Shown here one piece after another: positions 1-9,841 of a stretch of DNA of 54,246 nt. Under the pieces are notes generated by a model. It saw only the letters and a program-made list of their open reading frames with translations, did no database searches and was not told the origin of the DNA. The translations under genes and the position numbers were made by a program. The stretch spans positions 1-54,246 of the IMG/VR virus record IMGVR_UViG_3300025137_000048, one strand, 5' to 3'. The first letter of the stretch is position 1. Every line of letters starts with the position of its first letter. This stretch comes from a virus. Lineage: Duplodnaviria > Caudoviricetes.

Positions 1-1164
1 ACCATATCTAGTTTTGAAACCAATTTTTGGTTGGAATGTGTTCTCACCAACCGCTCTCACCATTTGTAGTGGAACGTATGGGCAATAGAACATACCAGCG
101 TCATAAGGTGATGATCCTTTGTAACCCACAACGTAGTATTGAGCCGCAGTATTGTTTGACGCATAAGGGTCAATATATACTTTGTATCTACCGTTAAGAG
201 TACCAGCAAAAGTATTACCAGTATCGTCAACGTTTAGTGAGTTGTTAAGAGCAGGTGTGTAATCTAATACACCAGCCATTTGTAAAGCAGAAGCAACATC
301 TGAAGAACAGATAATGATATTACCTTTTCCACGTCTTGTTTCTTGTGCGATTACGTTGGCGTCTCTCTCAACTTGGAACATTAAACCTTTGAATTTTTCT
401 ACTGACCATCTTCCGTTGGAATCAGTATCTAAATCAAAAGTACCTGCAGTTGTAGTATTTACACCTGCACCTTTTTTAGCTTTTTCATAAATTGTTCTTA
501 CTACTTCTCTGTTGATTTCCGCAAGGATCTCAGCAGATAAGATGTTAGCCAATTCAGTTTCAGCGTCTAAACCGTGGATTGCTTTTAAGTCTTGAGCAAG
601 TTCCATTGTGTATTCTGCTTTTAACTGTCTAGTTTTAGCAGTAACAGTGGACTTTTCAATACTGAAAGCCATCTCAGCGAATGATGAACTTGCTTCAGCA
701 GTTGCTGTTGCAATACCAGTACCAGCTGTTACACTAGTTGTAGTATCGTTCATTAAACCTGGGTTTAGGGCAGCTGTACTATGAGTACCAGTTCCAGAGA
801 AATCTGAATCTGCTTCATTGAATAGCGCTTCTGTGCCTGAGTTTGAAGTAAATCTGCTCTTCATTGCGAAGATAAGACCAGTTGGACCAGTCATTGGTTG
901 TACACCACAGATGTCGTATGCTATAAGGTTAGGCATAGCTCTTCTCACGAGTGAGATTAGGATTGGATCCCAATTTGCTACAGCGCTGTCACCAGTCACG
1001 TTTGCAATCTCACCCAAGAATGCTTTGTCTTCTCTAGCAGCTTTTTCTTGGTTTTCCAGGATAACAGCTGTTACGGCTTTCTTGTACGGGTTTTCTATTT
1101 TTGGTAAATCACCATGCTCAAGAACCGGAGACCATTTTTCCTGTAAGTTTTGTGAATTAAACAT
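1..1164 (-). CDS. gp23: Major capsid protein (3' end outside window)
   Basis: Not in the ORF track. Read manually: ATG at 1164 after an AGGAG RBS gives MFNSQNLQEKWSPVLEH..., including DPILISLVRRAMPNLIAYDICGVQPMTGPTGLIFAM and FYCPYVPLQMVRAVGENTFQPKIGFKTRYG, which are typical T4-like gp23 motifs. Confidence 0.97.
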   Translation of the reverse strand, partial: MFNSQNLQEKWSPVLEHGDLPKIENPYKKAVTAVILENQEKAAREDKAFLGEIANVTGDSAVANWDPILISLVRRAMPNLIAYDICGVQPMTGPTGLIFAMKSRFTSNSGTEALFNEADSDFSGTGTHSTAALNPGLMNDTTTSVTAGTGIATATAEASSSFAEMAFSIEKSTVTAKTRQLKAEYTMELAQDLKAIHGLDAETELANILSAEILAEINREVVRTIYEKAKKGAGVNTTTAGTFDLDTDSNGRWSVEKFKGLMFQVERDANVIAQETRRGKGNIIICSSDVASALQMAGVLDYTPALNNSLNVDDTGNTFAGTLNGRYKVYIDPYASNNTAAQYYVVGYKGSSPYDAGMFYCPYVPLQMVRAVGENTFQPKIGFKTRYG

Positions 1165-1188
1165 TATGTTTATCTCTCCTATTTCTTA

Positions 1189-2445
1189 TTATTTGTTGTA
1201 GATATCTCTACTTTGTCCCCTACTGATTGCAGCCGTATAACGAGACATTGTATCCGTCATGTCCATTACTGTGTTACTATCATTAGAATTTTGTTGAACT
1301 GTATCAACATTTTCAGTTGATTCAGGTGCTTTCGCTTGTCCAAAATAGCTTTCTTTTATAGTAGCTAATTTTTTAGAGTATGCGTCAGCATTTTCGAAAG
1401 TTACGTCTTCTACTAAAGATTTAATCTTTTCTTTTTCTGTATCAGCTAATCCCTCTACAGCACTTTCAAAGATTTCGTCTTTTGTGTATCCTTCGATTGT
1501 CTTTTTGTCATCAATAGACTTCTCTGTCATTTCATTGATTTTAGCTTTCATTTCTTCAAGCTCTTTTTCTTTTGCTTCCAGAACGTCATATTTTTCATCT
1601 GGAACATCAATGTAATGATCTTCGAATAATTGTTTTAGTCCACCAATAAAGTCTTCAGCGATTTCTCCCTTAATACCTTTTTCGATTGCTAATTCATTAT
1701 CTGCCATCCATTGCTCAACAACATAGTTCAGGTAGTTGTCAACTTTAGTAGTTAACTCTTCCTTAGTAGTTGCTTTTGCTTCGTCTAGTTCACTTGCGTA
1801 TTCACCCTCTAATCTTTCGATTTCAGATTTTACTTTAGACTTAACAGCAGCTTCGAAGATTGTAGCAGCCTTTGTTTTAAACTCTTCGGATAAAGAACTA
1901 TCTCCAGAAACCAAAGCGTTAACATCATCGCTTACATCAATAGATTTTACTCTTTGATCTACAGCTTCTTTGTTTACTTTTTTGCTTTCTTCTTTTTCGT
2001 CTTCATCTTCTTTGTCATCGCTGCCATTCATAGCAGCCATCATTTTTTTGTAAGAGGACATAATGTCAGATTTCTTCATCTTGTTCATGCTGTCATACAT
2101 TGCCTGTATCATACCAGACTTTGTTTTTGGCATTTCCATGATTTCGTCTTCGTCTTTATCGTCTTCTTTCTCGTCTTCTTTTTCTGCGTCAGCGTCTTCT
2201 TTGACTTTCGCCATTGGTTCTGCTGCTGCGGCACCTTTAGTAGGAGCAGATGAGTCTTTTTTTACTTTGTCTTTAGCTTTATCTTGTCCAACTTTATCAG
2301 TTGGAGAAGTTACTGCTGGACCAAGATCCTCATAGTCGCCTGCCTTTTGCATTGGGTCTGATTTACCAGCCCCCGCTTTTGGAGCGTCTGCGCCCTTAGG
2401 AGCTTCAGAAACGATTTCTTGTTCGTTTTTGATTTCTGTAGCCAT
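1189..2445 (-). CDS. gp22: Prohead core scaffolding protein
   Basis: Acidic coiled-coil protein with LSEEFKTKAATIFEAAV, VDNYLNYVVEQWM and GLKQLFEDHYIDVP motifs; lies between gp21 and gp23. Confidence 0.93.
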   Translation of the reverse strand: MATEIKNEQEIVSEAPKGADAPKAGAGKSDPMQKAGDYEDLGPAVTSPTDKVGQDKAKDKVKKDSSAPTKGAAAAEPMAKVKEDADAEKEDEKEDDKDEDEIMEMPKTKSGMIQAMYDSMNKMKKSDIMSSYKKMMAAMNGSDDKEDEDEKEESKKVNKEAVDQRVKSIDVSDDVNALVSGDSSLSEEFKTKAATIFEAAVKSKVKSEIERLEGEYASELDEAKATTKEELTTKVDNYLNYVVEQWMADNELAIEKGIKGEIAEDFIGGLKQLFEDHYIDVPDEKYDVLEAKEKELEEMKAKINEMTEKSIDDKKTIEGYTKDEIFESAVEGLADTEKEKIKSLVEDVTFENADAYSKKLATIKESYFGQAKAPESTENVDTVQQNSNDSNTVMDMTDTMSRYTAAISRGQSRDIYNK

Positions 2446-2461
2446 TTGTATTTACTCTCCT

Positions 2462-2477
2462 AATTTGATATCAAATT
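2462..2477. promoter_or_regulatory. Perfect 16-bp palindrome AATTTGATATCAAATT in the gp22 leader
   Basis: Seen directly between the late promoter (2490-2496) and the gp22 RBS; a similar palindrome is at 8164-8179. Confidence 0.5.
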
Positions 2478-2489
2478 TTTGCGTATAAC

Positions 2490-2496
2490 TATTTAT
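2490..2496 (-). promoter_or_regulatory. T4-type late promoter (ATAAATA) for gp22/gp23
   Basis: ATAAATAGT at the gp21-gp22 junction; matches the gp55-dependent TATAAATA box. Confidence 0.75.
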
Positions 2497-3152
2497 TATT
2501 TTGTGAGTTTCTGTAAGAACCTATCAAAAGCTACTGCTTCTGCCATTGCCTTACGCTCTCTAGTTTCACGCTCAATTTGTTGTTTAATTTCGAAAACATC
2601 TTGTTCCTTAATGATTCCGTTGTCCCAAACCCATTCTTTACCTTCCATTACGCCATTGACGAATGCTTGAGGTGCGGATGGATCTGCAACGATATCGGCT
2701 GCAGTTGCCAAGTAAAAATCACTTTTTACATAGTTAGTACCGCCTTTATTCTCTAGAGAACCCATGCCTCTAGAAGAAACGCCTAGTTGTGCGCCTTCAT
2801 CTATAAGAGATTTCACTATCTTACCATAAGGTGTATCAGTAATTTTTGCTTCGCCGATGTAATTACCTTTATTATCACCCTCTAGTTTAGTTATGATATG
2901 TGATACTCTTTCTAAATTAACAGTTGGTCCGTCAGGATGTCCTAACTCACCAAATGCTCTTTTGCGCTGTACAAATTCTTTATTGTACCTATTAACTTCT
3001 TTCTCTAATACTTCCTGTGGGTAAACACGACCATTTCTGTTCTTAATGTTTGCCTGCATGAAAATACCTTTGATTTTATGAGACCTTTTACCGTTATCAT
3101 CGGCTTCAACGATATATTGTGCCTCGTTTATTTCTTCTCTAATAAGTTTCAT
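2496..3152 (-). CDS. gp21: Prohead protease
   Basis: IKGIFMQANIKNRNGRVYP, GELGHPDGPTVNLERVSH, GVSSRGMGS and DIVADPSAP motifs. Confidence 0.97.
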   Translation of the reverse strand: MKLIREEINEAQYIVEADDNGKRSHKIKGIFMQANIKNRNGRVYPQEVLEKEVNRYNKEFVQRKRAFGELGHPDGPTVNLERVSHIITKLEGDNKGNYIGEAKITDTPYGKIVKSLIDEGAQLGVSSRGMGSLENKGGTNYVKSDFYLATAADIVADPSAPQAFVNGVMEGKEWVWDNGIIKEQDVFEIKQQIERETRERKAMAEAVAFDRFLQKLTK

Positions 3153-3173
3153 GTTGCGTATTTCCCTTTATTC

Positions 3174-3180
3174 TATTTAT
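3174..3180 (-). promoter_or_regulatory. T4-type late promoter (ATAAATA) for gp21
   Basis: ATAAATAG about 20 nt upstream of the gp21 start. Confidence 0.65.
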
Positions 3181-3581
3181 CTAGTTTGACCAGAATTTTC
3201 ATAACCCTTTGTTTTTGCTACTTCTAAGATAAAAGTACCTGTAGCAGCACTTGCGTTAGTGATAACTATATCACCAGTTACACTTGCACTTTCTGGATTT
3301 GTTATCATTGGTTGTTTACCATGAAAACCATACTCACCAGAACCGTGTACTGATATTGCGTGATCATTTGTACCTGCGTCAAATAAAAATGCTACATCAC
3401 TTGTTGCTGCTGTTGTATTCCATTTAATACTTCTAATATCTAATGTTGGGTTAGACGAGTGACCTCTTAATGTTGAAGCGTCTATCACTTGTACTGCGTC
3501 ATTTGTTGCGTTGTTGATTTCAAACATTACGACATGGCGTGTGCCACTATCTACCAATGTTCTTTTGTTTACTACTGCCAT
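3177..3581 (-). CDS. Hypothetical protein, possibly virion-associated
   Basis: 134 aa ORF with AGGAG RBS inside the head gene cluster; no function recognised. Confidence 0.7.
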   Translation of the reverse strand: MAVVNKRTLVDSGTRHVVMFEINNATNDAVQVIDASTLRGHSSNPTLDIRSIKWNTTAATSDVAFLFDAGTNDHAISVHGSGEYGFHGKQPMITNPESASVTGDIVITNASAATGTFILEVAKTKGYENSGQTR

Positions 3582-3593
3582 TTTTACTCTCCT

Positions 3594-3848
3594 TTATATG
3601 GTTAGACCTGTTTCTTTTTCGAAATAGGTTTCAATATCTTTTGGTTGTATTCTATGTTTCTTTGCTACTTGTTGTAGTATTCTAGGAAACATAGTTAAAA
3701 CCTTTTGTGGTGTCTTCGCCATCATGCCGAAAACATCATCCACTGCCTTTTTGGCCTTAGGCGCCAATTTGCGATAATTAAGAGAACGTTTGTGTTCGTC
3801 CTTTTCTTTAATTGTCAATCTCAACTGGTTCAGCGTCAGCGCCATCAT
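3594..3848 (-). CDS. Small basic protein, positionally equivalent to a gp68-like prohead core protein
   Basis: 84 aa basic ORF between the portal and protease genes; assignment by synteny only. Confidence 0.5.
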   Translation of the reverse strand: MMALTLNQLRLTIKEKDEHKRSLNYRKLAPKAKKAVDDVFGMMAKTPQKVLTMFPRILQQVAKKHRIQPKDIETYFEKETGLTI

Positions 3849-4014
3849 TTGCCTCTGGTTCTTTGTTCATGATAGTGCCCGCCAAGTCTTTTCTCTTTGC
3901 GTCTAACTCACCACCAACTTTGTCTGCTAATGCAGCCTTAATACTTTTTTCTGCTTCAATGTTATCGCCTGTGTCTAAAGCGTTTATCATTGCTTTTGTA
4001 TCATCTATACTCAT
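3808..4014 (-). CDS. Small acidic prohead core protein (gp67-like by position)
   Basis: 68 aa acidic helical protein directly downstream of, and TAATG-coupled to, the portal gene. Confidence 0.6.
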   Translation of the reverse strand: MSIDDTKAMINALDTGDNIEAEKSIKAALADKVGGELDAKRKDLAGTIMNKEPEANDGADAEPVEIDN

Positions 4015-5537
4015 TATTCTCCTTCTTCACCTGGACCTTGATATAATCCAGCTTCTATTTCACTTGCTATTTTTTCTTGTTGTTCTATAACTTCAGCCTC
4101 TGACATTTTAAGTATTCGTTTCATCATATAATCTCTTGACAATACTGTACCTAACATACCAGATTCTTTAACGTTACGATATGTTTCCATACGATCTTTA
4201 AACATTTCACTTTCTTTAATTTCAGCAAAATATCCATCGTTAACATATTCATATTTAATTGTTTGACTTAATGTTGCGTCCCAATCCTCGATAGTTACTA
4301 CACCTTTGAGAACTAGTTGTGTTTTAAGTAAGTCATGGAATAAAGTGTTAAATCTATTTCTTAATCTACTAATAAACTTTGTAAATTTAATCTCATCTCT
4401 ACTTACCTCTGTTGAACGACCTAATTGTAAACCACCACCAGCTTCGCTGTCTAATCTACTATATGGTACATTCAATGATTGAAACAATTTCTTTTGAAAA
4501 TACTTAATGTCATCTATCTCACCAAGATTTGATCCACCTGGTAAAGTAGTAATCTCTGTACCTCTACCACCTTCTCGTCTTGGTAGCCAGAAATCTTCTA
4601 ACATAGACATATATTGTCTATCGTCTCGTACCTCACCTGTTGCGGCGTCATATACAAGTTTGTTTCTATATCTGTTCATTACATCTTTAAGGTATTGCTC
4701 TGCTTTTACTTTAGGCAAATTACCTACATCAATGTAAAAAATTCTTCTTTCAGGTGCTCTTGATATACGATAGATAACAACACTATCCTCAATCATTCGC
4801 AACTGATTAACTGGTTTAATTGCCTTATGTAAATAAGACAATATTAAATTCTTTTGTTGATCTACTAAACCACTAGGACAATATGCGATAGCGTCTTTAG
4901 TTATCTTTAGTCCTGTTGTTGCACTTGCGCCAGGTTGTACACCTTTTTCATTGTAAATAAAGAACTCATCAAATTCAACGCTTTGAGGTCTCTTTGGATC
5001 TTTTGGTGCAAACTCATTACCTGGTTTGTTTTTAGCTGCTCTTACTTTTTTGATTTTTCTAGGATCAATATATCGTAACTCTGTAAGACCTAACTGTGTG
5101 TTTTTTGGGTCTATTAATTTATGATATACAATACGACCATCAACATACCAACGTCTGAATATGTCATGACCTTTTTGTTCAAATTCTAAAAGACTTACTA
5201 CGTTCTTAAATTCATCTGATATTCTTTTTTTAATAGATGTTGAGAACGGAACCTTATTTAAGTTTAGACGGACAACCTCTTGGTTATCATCTACAACCAC
5301 GGCCTCATTAATAATATCTTCAATCGCCATATCACACTCTGGGTGCATAGCAATTTCTCTATATCGTCTAATTAAGTCCGATTCATTATTTACTTTTCCT
5401 TCGATATCAAGATAGGTTCCAAAGTGACCACCACCCATAATTGTTTGTGTACCGTCATCACTTGATGGTGCGGTAAACTGTTGACTATTGGGTTTAGCCT
5501 CTTTTCGTTTGATTTCGAAACCAAATATTTCTGCCAC
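4014..5537 (-). CDS. gp20: Portal vertex protein (GTG start)
   Basis: YLHKAIKPVNQLRMIEDSVVIYRISRAPERRIFYIDVGNLPK and MLEDFWLPRREGGRGTEITTLPGG motifs; AAGGAG RBS precedes the GTG. Confidence 0.97.
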   Translation of the reverse strand: MAEIFGFEIKRKEAKPNSQQFTAPSSDDGTQTIMGGGHFGTYLDIEGKVNNESDLIRRYREIAMHPECDMAIEDIINEAVVVDDNQEVVRLNLNKVPFSTSIKKRISDEFKNVVSLLEFEQKGHDIFRRWYVDGRIVYHKLIDPKNTQLGLTELRYIDPRKIKKVRAAKNKPGNEFAPKDPKRPQSVEFDEFFIYNEKGVQPGASATTGLKITKDAIAYCPSGLVDQQKNLILSYLHKAIKPVNQLRMIEDSVVIYRISRAPERRIFYIDVGNLPKVKAEQYLKDVMNRYRNKLVYDAATGEVRDDRQYMSMLEDFWLPRREGGRGTEITTLPGGSNLGEIDDIKYFQKKLFQSLNVPYSRLDSEAGGGLQLGRSTEVSRDEIKFTKFISRLRNRFNTLFHDLLKTQLVLKGVVTIEDWDATLSQTIKYEYVNDGYFAEIKESEMFKDRMETYRNVKESGMLGTVLSRDYMMKRILKMSEAEVIEQQEKIASEIEAGLYQGPGEEGE

Positions 5538-5560
5538 TACTTTTCTCCTTTATACTATAT

Positions 5561-5567
5561 TATTTAG
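5561..5567 (-). promoter_or_regulatory. Late promoter variant (CTAAATA) for gp20
   Basis: Variant box overlapping the 3' arm of the post-gp19 hairpin. Confidence 0.45.
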
Positions 5568-5588
5568 GGCGCCTCGAAAGACGCCCTA
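5565..5588 (-). terminator. GC-rich UUCG hairpin after gp19 (terminator or mRNA-stabilising stem)
   Basis: Minus strand reads TAGGGCGTCT-TTCG-AGGCGCCCTA, a 10-bp stem with one G-U pair; no clear U-tract follows. Confidence 0.6.
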
Positions 5589-5596
5589 TTTCAACT

Positions 5597-6124
5597 TTAT
5601 GTTGTAGTGTTTGATTCCCAGTATTGGTATCTCCAAGTACATTCAAATGTTTCAAGTGTTGTTGCCTGTTCCATAGTTAGATCAACTTGACCTATTATAG
5701 TAGGGTACATACCTCTGAAAGTGTAAGACTTGATTGTATTACCGTTTCTATCTAAATGGTCGACAAATGCGTCCACTTGATAATCAGTAGGATTTACAAG
5801 TCCTTCATTATCTGAATGGTTGTTTATACCGTTTGACCATCTTTCAATAGCATTTCTGATTAAAAAATCAGTATCGTTAATGATAGTAGTAGTCCAAGTT
5901 TGGAATGTTCTATCACCTGCCATGTAAATAGGTCTGCCACGGAAGTTTACAGTTAATTCACCAATTTCACTTGATGGTAAGTTAGTAGCAGAGCATAAAA
6001 ATGCCATACTTTCTGTTTCACCACCAACTGCTGCGTAACCAGGGAACGGAAGAGTTACTTTAAACTGATTGTTTCTAGCACCTCCGCCTTTTAATTTAGA
6101 AACAAAATCTGTTATATTAGCCAT
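5597..6124 (-). CDS. gp19: Tail tube protein
   Basis: GGGARNNQFKV, FRGRPIYMAGDRTFQTWTTTIINDTDF and YQYWE motifs; follows the sheath gene. Confidence 0.96.
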   Translation of the reverse strand: MANITDFVSKLKGGGARNNQFKVTLPFPGYAAVGGETESMAFLCSATNLPSSEIGELTVNFRGRPIYMAGDRTFQTWTTTIINDTDFLIRNAIERWSNGINNHSDNEGLVNPTDYQVDAFVDHLDRNGNTIKSYTFRGMYPTIIGQVDLTMEQATTLETFECTWRYQYWESNTTT

Positions 6125-6134
6125 TTTTTATCTC

Positions 6135-8138
6135 CTATGCCCCAGCGACTTCACTAAACGATACACCACTTCTAGTAGCAATAAAGTTTAGTTTGATGAA
6201 GTTAATTGAACGATTTGGTTTGACAAAAATGTCAGCCACAAATTCGTTTCTATCAATTACTTCCGCTGTGTTGTTTGTTTCATCACAGACTACTGAGAAG
6301 TCTGTAATACCACGTCTGCCTTGTACGTCTCTAAGGAATGGCTCAATCAAGTTTCTAAATTGTGCTCTAGTGAACTCATCATTGAACTCAAAGAGTTGAA
6401 ATTTAGCTGCTGTTGATACTGCTTTTTCCATAGTTATGAATAAACGTCTTACATTTATTCTATTAAACGCACTTGGTTTAGTTAATGCCGTTTTATCGCC
6501 AAATAACAATGTACCTTGACCAGGGAATGTCACAACAGGATTTACTCTTGCTTTATACAAGTCATCCCTTTGTGTCTGGTTAGGGTTAAATGCTAATTTT
6601 ACAGCACCTCTGATTTGTCCTCTACTGAATCCAGCAGGTGAATACCAAGGGTCTGCAACGATATCTGTTCTTGCAGCTAATCCTGCGATATCACCGTTTA
6701 ATGGTACATATCTGTATATGTCATTGTACTTGTCGTACATATACTTATAACCACTATCAATGACAGCGTAAGAAGAACTAGAAAGCGCATCAGCAAATGC
6801 TTTTACGTTTGCTGTTTGCGATATCGGATCTGATACATTTACTACATCTGCTCTCGCAGGTGAGATAAATGCTACAACATCTTTTCTACTTTCTGCAACA
6901 TCAATTACTTTAGTTGCATGAGTGACGCCAGTTGCGTCTGTAGCAGGTCCATCTGAAGGTCCTGCAATTAAGAAGTTGATATCTACTGTTTCTGAGTCAG
7001 CAAACTTATCGTATGCTAATGCCATTTCGCCTAAAGTTGGAGCGTTGTCGTCTGTTCCACCGGAAAGACTTGCTTTAAACACAGTTAAACCCGCAGTTCC
7101 TTGATTATCAAAAGCTACTGCCGCCTTAGTGGTTGCATTTAACTTAGGTGATCCTGCATTTGCTAAAGTTGATTCATGATCCATCCAGTAAATGAACTCA
7201 CTTGATCTGTAAAGTACATCTACATAATAGTTTGAATTACCTTGAGCGTCTTTTGCGTCAGAAGCTTGTGAAACACCTTCAAATGTTTCTAGAATTGAAC
7301 CAGCAGTACCTGTGATACCGCCATCTTCATCTACAACAGCAATGTGTAATTCGTCATTCGAAGCACCTGCTGCAGTTGCGTCATCAGTAGTTGTTGGTGC
7401 GTTAGAAAAATTGAAATAATATTCCCAATGTCTTCTAACATGTGCGTTGTTTGCTACTGCATGTCTTAATCCGCCCGTTTCTGTTTTACCAGAAGCAGGA
7501 TCAAATCTTGATATTGATAATACATGAGTTGCAATTGCTGTTACTTTGTAGTAACTACCTGATGGAGCAGCAGTGAAATTTCCACTGATATCTCCAAACT
7601 CTATTACGTCACCAACTTGTACACCTGTACCTGCGTCTACTGTTATGGTAGTGTCGCCAATTTCCGCTGTTGCGTCATTGACCAAATTACTACCGCCTAG
7701 TAAACTTTGATACGCTGTTGAGTTAGTACACATAGAGACTTTTAGGTTGTTACCCGCTGTTCCAGCTTCTCTTGCGATCCATGATCCTATGGATCCTGAA
7801 CCGTCTGAATAGTTGTCTAAGTAATCAGTTGTATTTTTAATCTGTAATCCTGAACCGCCTGAGGCAGCATTCAGATTACCAGTTACAGCTCTGACCACTC
7901 GTAAAGCATTTCCGTACTGCAAAAAGTTGGTTGCGCTAAAAAAATATTCGAAAGTGTTAGCATCTGGTTTCCCAAAAACTCTAACATATTCGGATTCACT
8001 TGAAACCGTAGTGATTTCATCCATCGGCCCTTTCTCACTAACCACGCCTATTGCACCTATTGATGTAGATACAGCAGGGATTACGTTAGTAAGGTCCTTT
8101 TCCGTAACAAGAACGCCTGGTGATACTAAAAAAGCCAT
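6135..8138 (-). CDS. gp18: Tail sheath protein
   Basis: MAFLVSPGVLVTEKDLT N-terminus; PWYSPAGFSRG, FNRINVRRLF and FEFNDEFTR motifs. Confidence 0.97.
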   Translation of the reverse strand: MAFLVSPGVLVTEKDLTNVIPAVSTSIGAIGVVSEKGPMDEITTVSSESEYVRVFGKPDANTFEYFFSATNFLQYGNALRVVRAVTGNLNAASGGSGLQIKNTTDYLDNYSDGSGSIGSWIAREAGTAGNNLKVSMCTNSTAYQSLLGGSNLVNDATAEIGDTTITVDAGTGVQVGDVIEFGDISGNFTAAPSGSYYKVTAIATHVLSISRFDPASGKTETGGLRHAVANNAHVRRHWEYYFNFSNAPTTTDDATAAGASNDELHIAVVDEDGGITGTAGSILETFEGVSQASDAKDAQGNSNYYVDVLYRSSEFIYWMDHESTLANAGSPKLNATTKAAVAFDNQGTAGLTVFKASLSGGTDDNAPTLGEMALAYDKFADSETVDINFLIAGPSDGPATDATGVTHATKVIDVAESRKDVVAFISPARADVVNVSDPISQTANVKAFADALSSSSYAVIDSGYKYMYDKYNDIYRYVPLNGDIAGLAARTDIVADPWYSPAGFSRGQIRGAVKLAFNPNQTQRDDLYKARVNPVVTFPGQGTLLFGDKTALTKPSAFNRINVRRLFITMEKAVSTAAKFQLFEFNDEFTRAQFRNLIEPFLRDVQGRRGITDFSVVCDETNNTAEVIDRNEFVADIFVKPNRSINFIKLNFIATRSGVSFSEVAGA

Positions 8139-8163
8139 CTTGTTTTCTCCTTTGAGTGTTTAA

Positions 8164-8179
8164 ATTTTAATATTAAAAT
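8164..8179. promoter_or_regulatory. Perfect 16-bp palindrome ATTTTAATATTAAAAT in the gp18 leader
   Basis: Seen directly between the late promoter (8191-8198) and the gp18 RBS. Confidence 0.45.
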
Positions 8180-8190
8180 CTTACTGAAAC

Positions 8191-8198
8191 TATTTATA
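8191..8198 (-). promoter_or_regulatory. T4 late promoter (TATAAATA) for gp18/gp19
   Basis: Exact T4 late consensus in the intergenic region. Confidence 0.8.
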
Positions 8199-8209
8199 AA
8201 ATACAAGAT

Positions 8210-9841
8210 TTAGTAACCTCGTTTGACTTTTACTGGCGACCAAGTGGTGCCATATGGGTCTTTATATGTTTCGGGTTCATCTAATCCATCATTTATGAAT
8301 CCAAAAGGTGCCATGTCTTGATCTAACATATCTTGTTGTTCATCTACAAGTCTAGCACGAATATCTTGATCTGTTAATTCTTTAAAATATGTCTGATTAG
8401 ATAACCATGCAAACATAACTAAACAAGTGACCAAATCATCGCTAGATCCTTCCTCTGCTTCATACTTATCTTTTCCTTTTAAAATGTAAGTTGATAATTC
8501 TGCAATGATATCAAAATCTTGTACAATCATTTTATCATGTTCAAGTAATGCTTTTAAATTAGAACATCCTATTTTCTTTGTTGCCTTTGTTGTTCGTAAA
8601 CCTAATTGTGATTGTTTACCACTAAAACCTGTTCCTGCAATTTGTCCTGAACGACCTCTTTGATTGACCATAATAAGATTATCATACTCTAAATCGTATT
8701 GCATTGTATCTGCTACTTGACCACCAATATCATTTACTTCAATTAACACCTCTGCTGTATTATAACTTGTTGCAATCTTATGAATAATTTGTGGAAAAAC
8801 TAATGGTTTGATTTCATTGTTTTTATATTTTGCTACAATTTTATATGGTATACTTGTTGCGTCTGTTACAACGAAAGCGCTGTAATCATTTATTGTTCCT
8901 CTTGCAACATCAACTGTCATAACATACCTGTGATCTTTTTTTGGCATTTCATAAACATCTAAACCTGCGTTAGATTGTTGAGGTATAATATGAGACATTG
9001 TTCTTAGTTTTGCACTATTGATAAGTGTGTCAACACTACCTAAAAACTCACATTCAAACTCTGTTCTAAATTGTTGTTCACTTGTATTCTTTATTGTTTC
9101 ATCTTTCCATTTCTCATCACGACCAGGTACCTCTGACCAATGCACCTCAATAGGTTTATAACTATTGCGTTCATGTATTGCGTCATTCCACATTTTATAA
9201 AACATATTCATACCATGTGGTGTAGATACAATCATAACTTTAGATGATGTACCAGAAGATATTGTAGGATATACTGAACTAAAAAATTGTTCTGCAATAT
9301 TGTTTGGTACGTAAGCAAACTCATCCAAAAATATTACATTATAAGAACCACCACGAACAGCACTTGATGATGTTGCAGCTGCAAGTATTCTACTACCGTT
9401 TTCTAATTCTAAACTACCTTTGTTCCAATTTATTATACCTTGTTGTAACCACTTAGGCAAATTTTCATATGCAAGTTGTAGTCGACCTAATAAGTCTCTA
9501 GCAATTGCAGCTTTGTTTGCAAGTATAGCTATGTTTACATTAGGATTAAATATGGCGTAGTGTAATAGGTATGCAATAATTGTTGTTGACTTACCTGTTT
9601 GTCTTGGTAACTTACATATACTAAAACGATTGTTATGAAATGTGTCTACCATTTCTTTTTGAAAGTTATATAACTTAAATGGTTGTAGTCCATGATCAAG
9701 CGTTACTATTTGAATATAGTTAGCAATAAAGTAAATAGGGTTTTCTTGACAACGCAAAAATTCCTCTACTTGCTTTTTGGTAAATCTTACTTTTTGATTT
9801 GCCGCTTTTAAATTGGGGTTACCTAGATATGTCTTTTCCAT
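8210..9841 (-). CDS. gp17: Terminase large subunit
   Basis: YLGNPNLK N-terminus, Walker A PRQTGKSTT, Walker B IFLDEFAY and nuclease motifs VDVARG and DDLV; uninterrupted. Confidence 0.98.
   Translation of the reverse strand: MEKTYLGNPNLKAANQKVRFTKKQVEEFLRCQENPIYFIANYIQIVTLDHGLQPFKLYNFQKEMVDTFHNNRFSICKLPRQTGKSTTIIAYLLHYAIFNPNVNIAILANKAAIARDLLGRLQLAYENLPKWLQQGIINWNKGSLELENGSRILAAATSSSAVRGGSYNVIFLDEFAYVPNNIAEQFFSSVYPTISSGTSSKVMIVSTPHGMNMFYKMWNDAIHERNSYKPIEVHWSEVPGRDEKWKDETIKNTSEQQFRTEFECEFLGSVDTLINSAKLRTMSHIIPQQSNAGLDVYEMPKKDHRYVMTVDVARGTINDYSAFVVTDATSIPYKIVAKYKNNEIKPLVFPQIIHKIATSYNTAEVLIEVNDIGGQVADTMQYDLEYDNLIMVNQRGRSGQIAGTGFSGKQSQLGLRTTKATKKIGCSNLKALLEHDKMIVQDFDIIAELSTYILKGKDKYEAEEGSSDDLVTCLVMFAWLSNQTYFKELTDQDIRARLVDEQQDMLDQDMAPFGFINDGLDEPETYKDPYGTTWSPVKVKRGY

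Noticed and set aside
818-2335. Plus-strand ORFs over gp23 and gp22
   Set aside because: They are antisense to clearly conserved capsid and scaffold genes.
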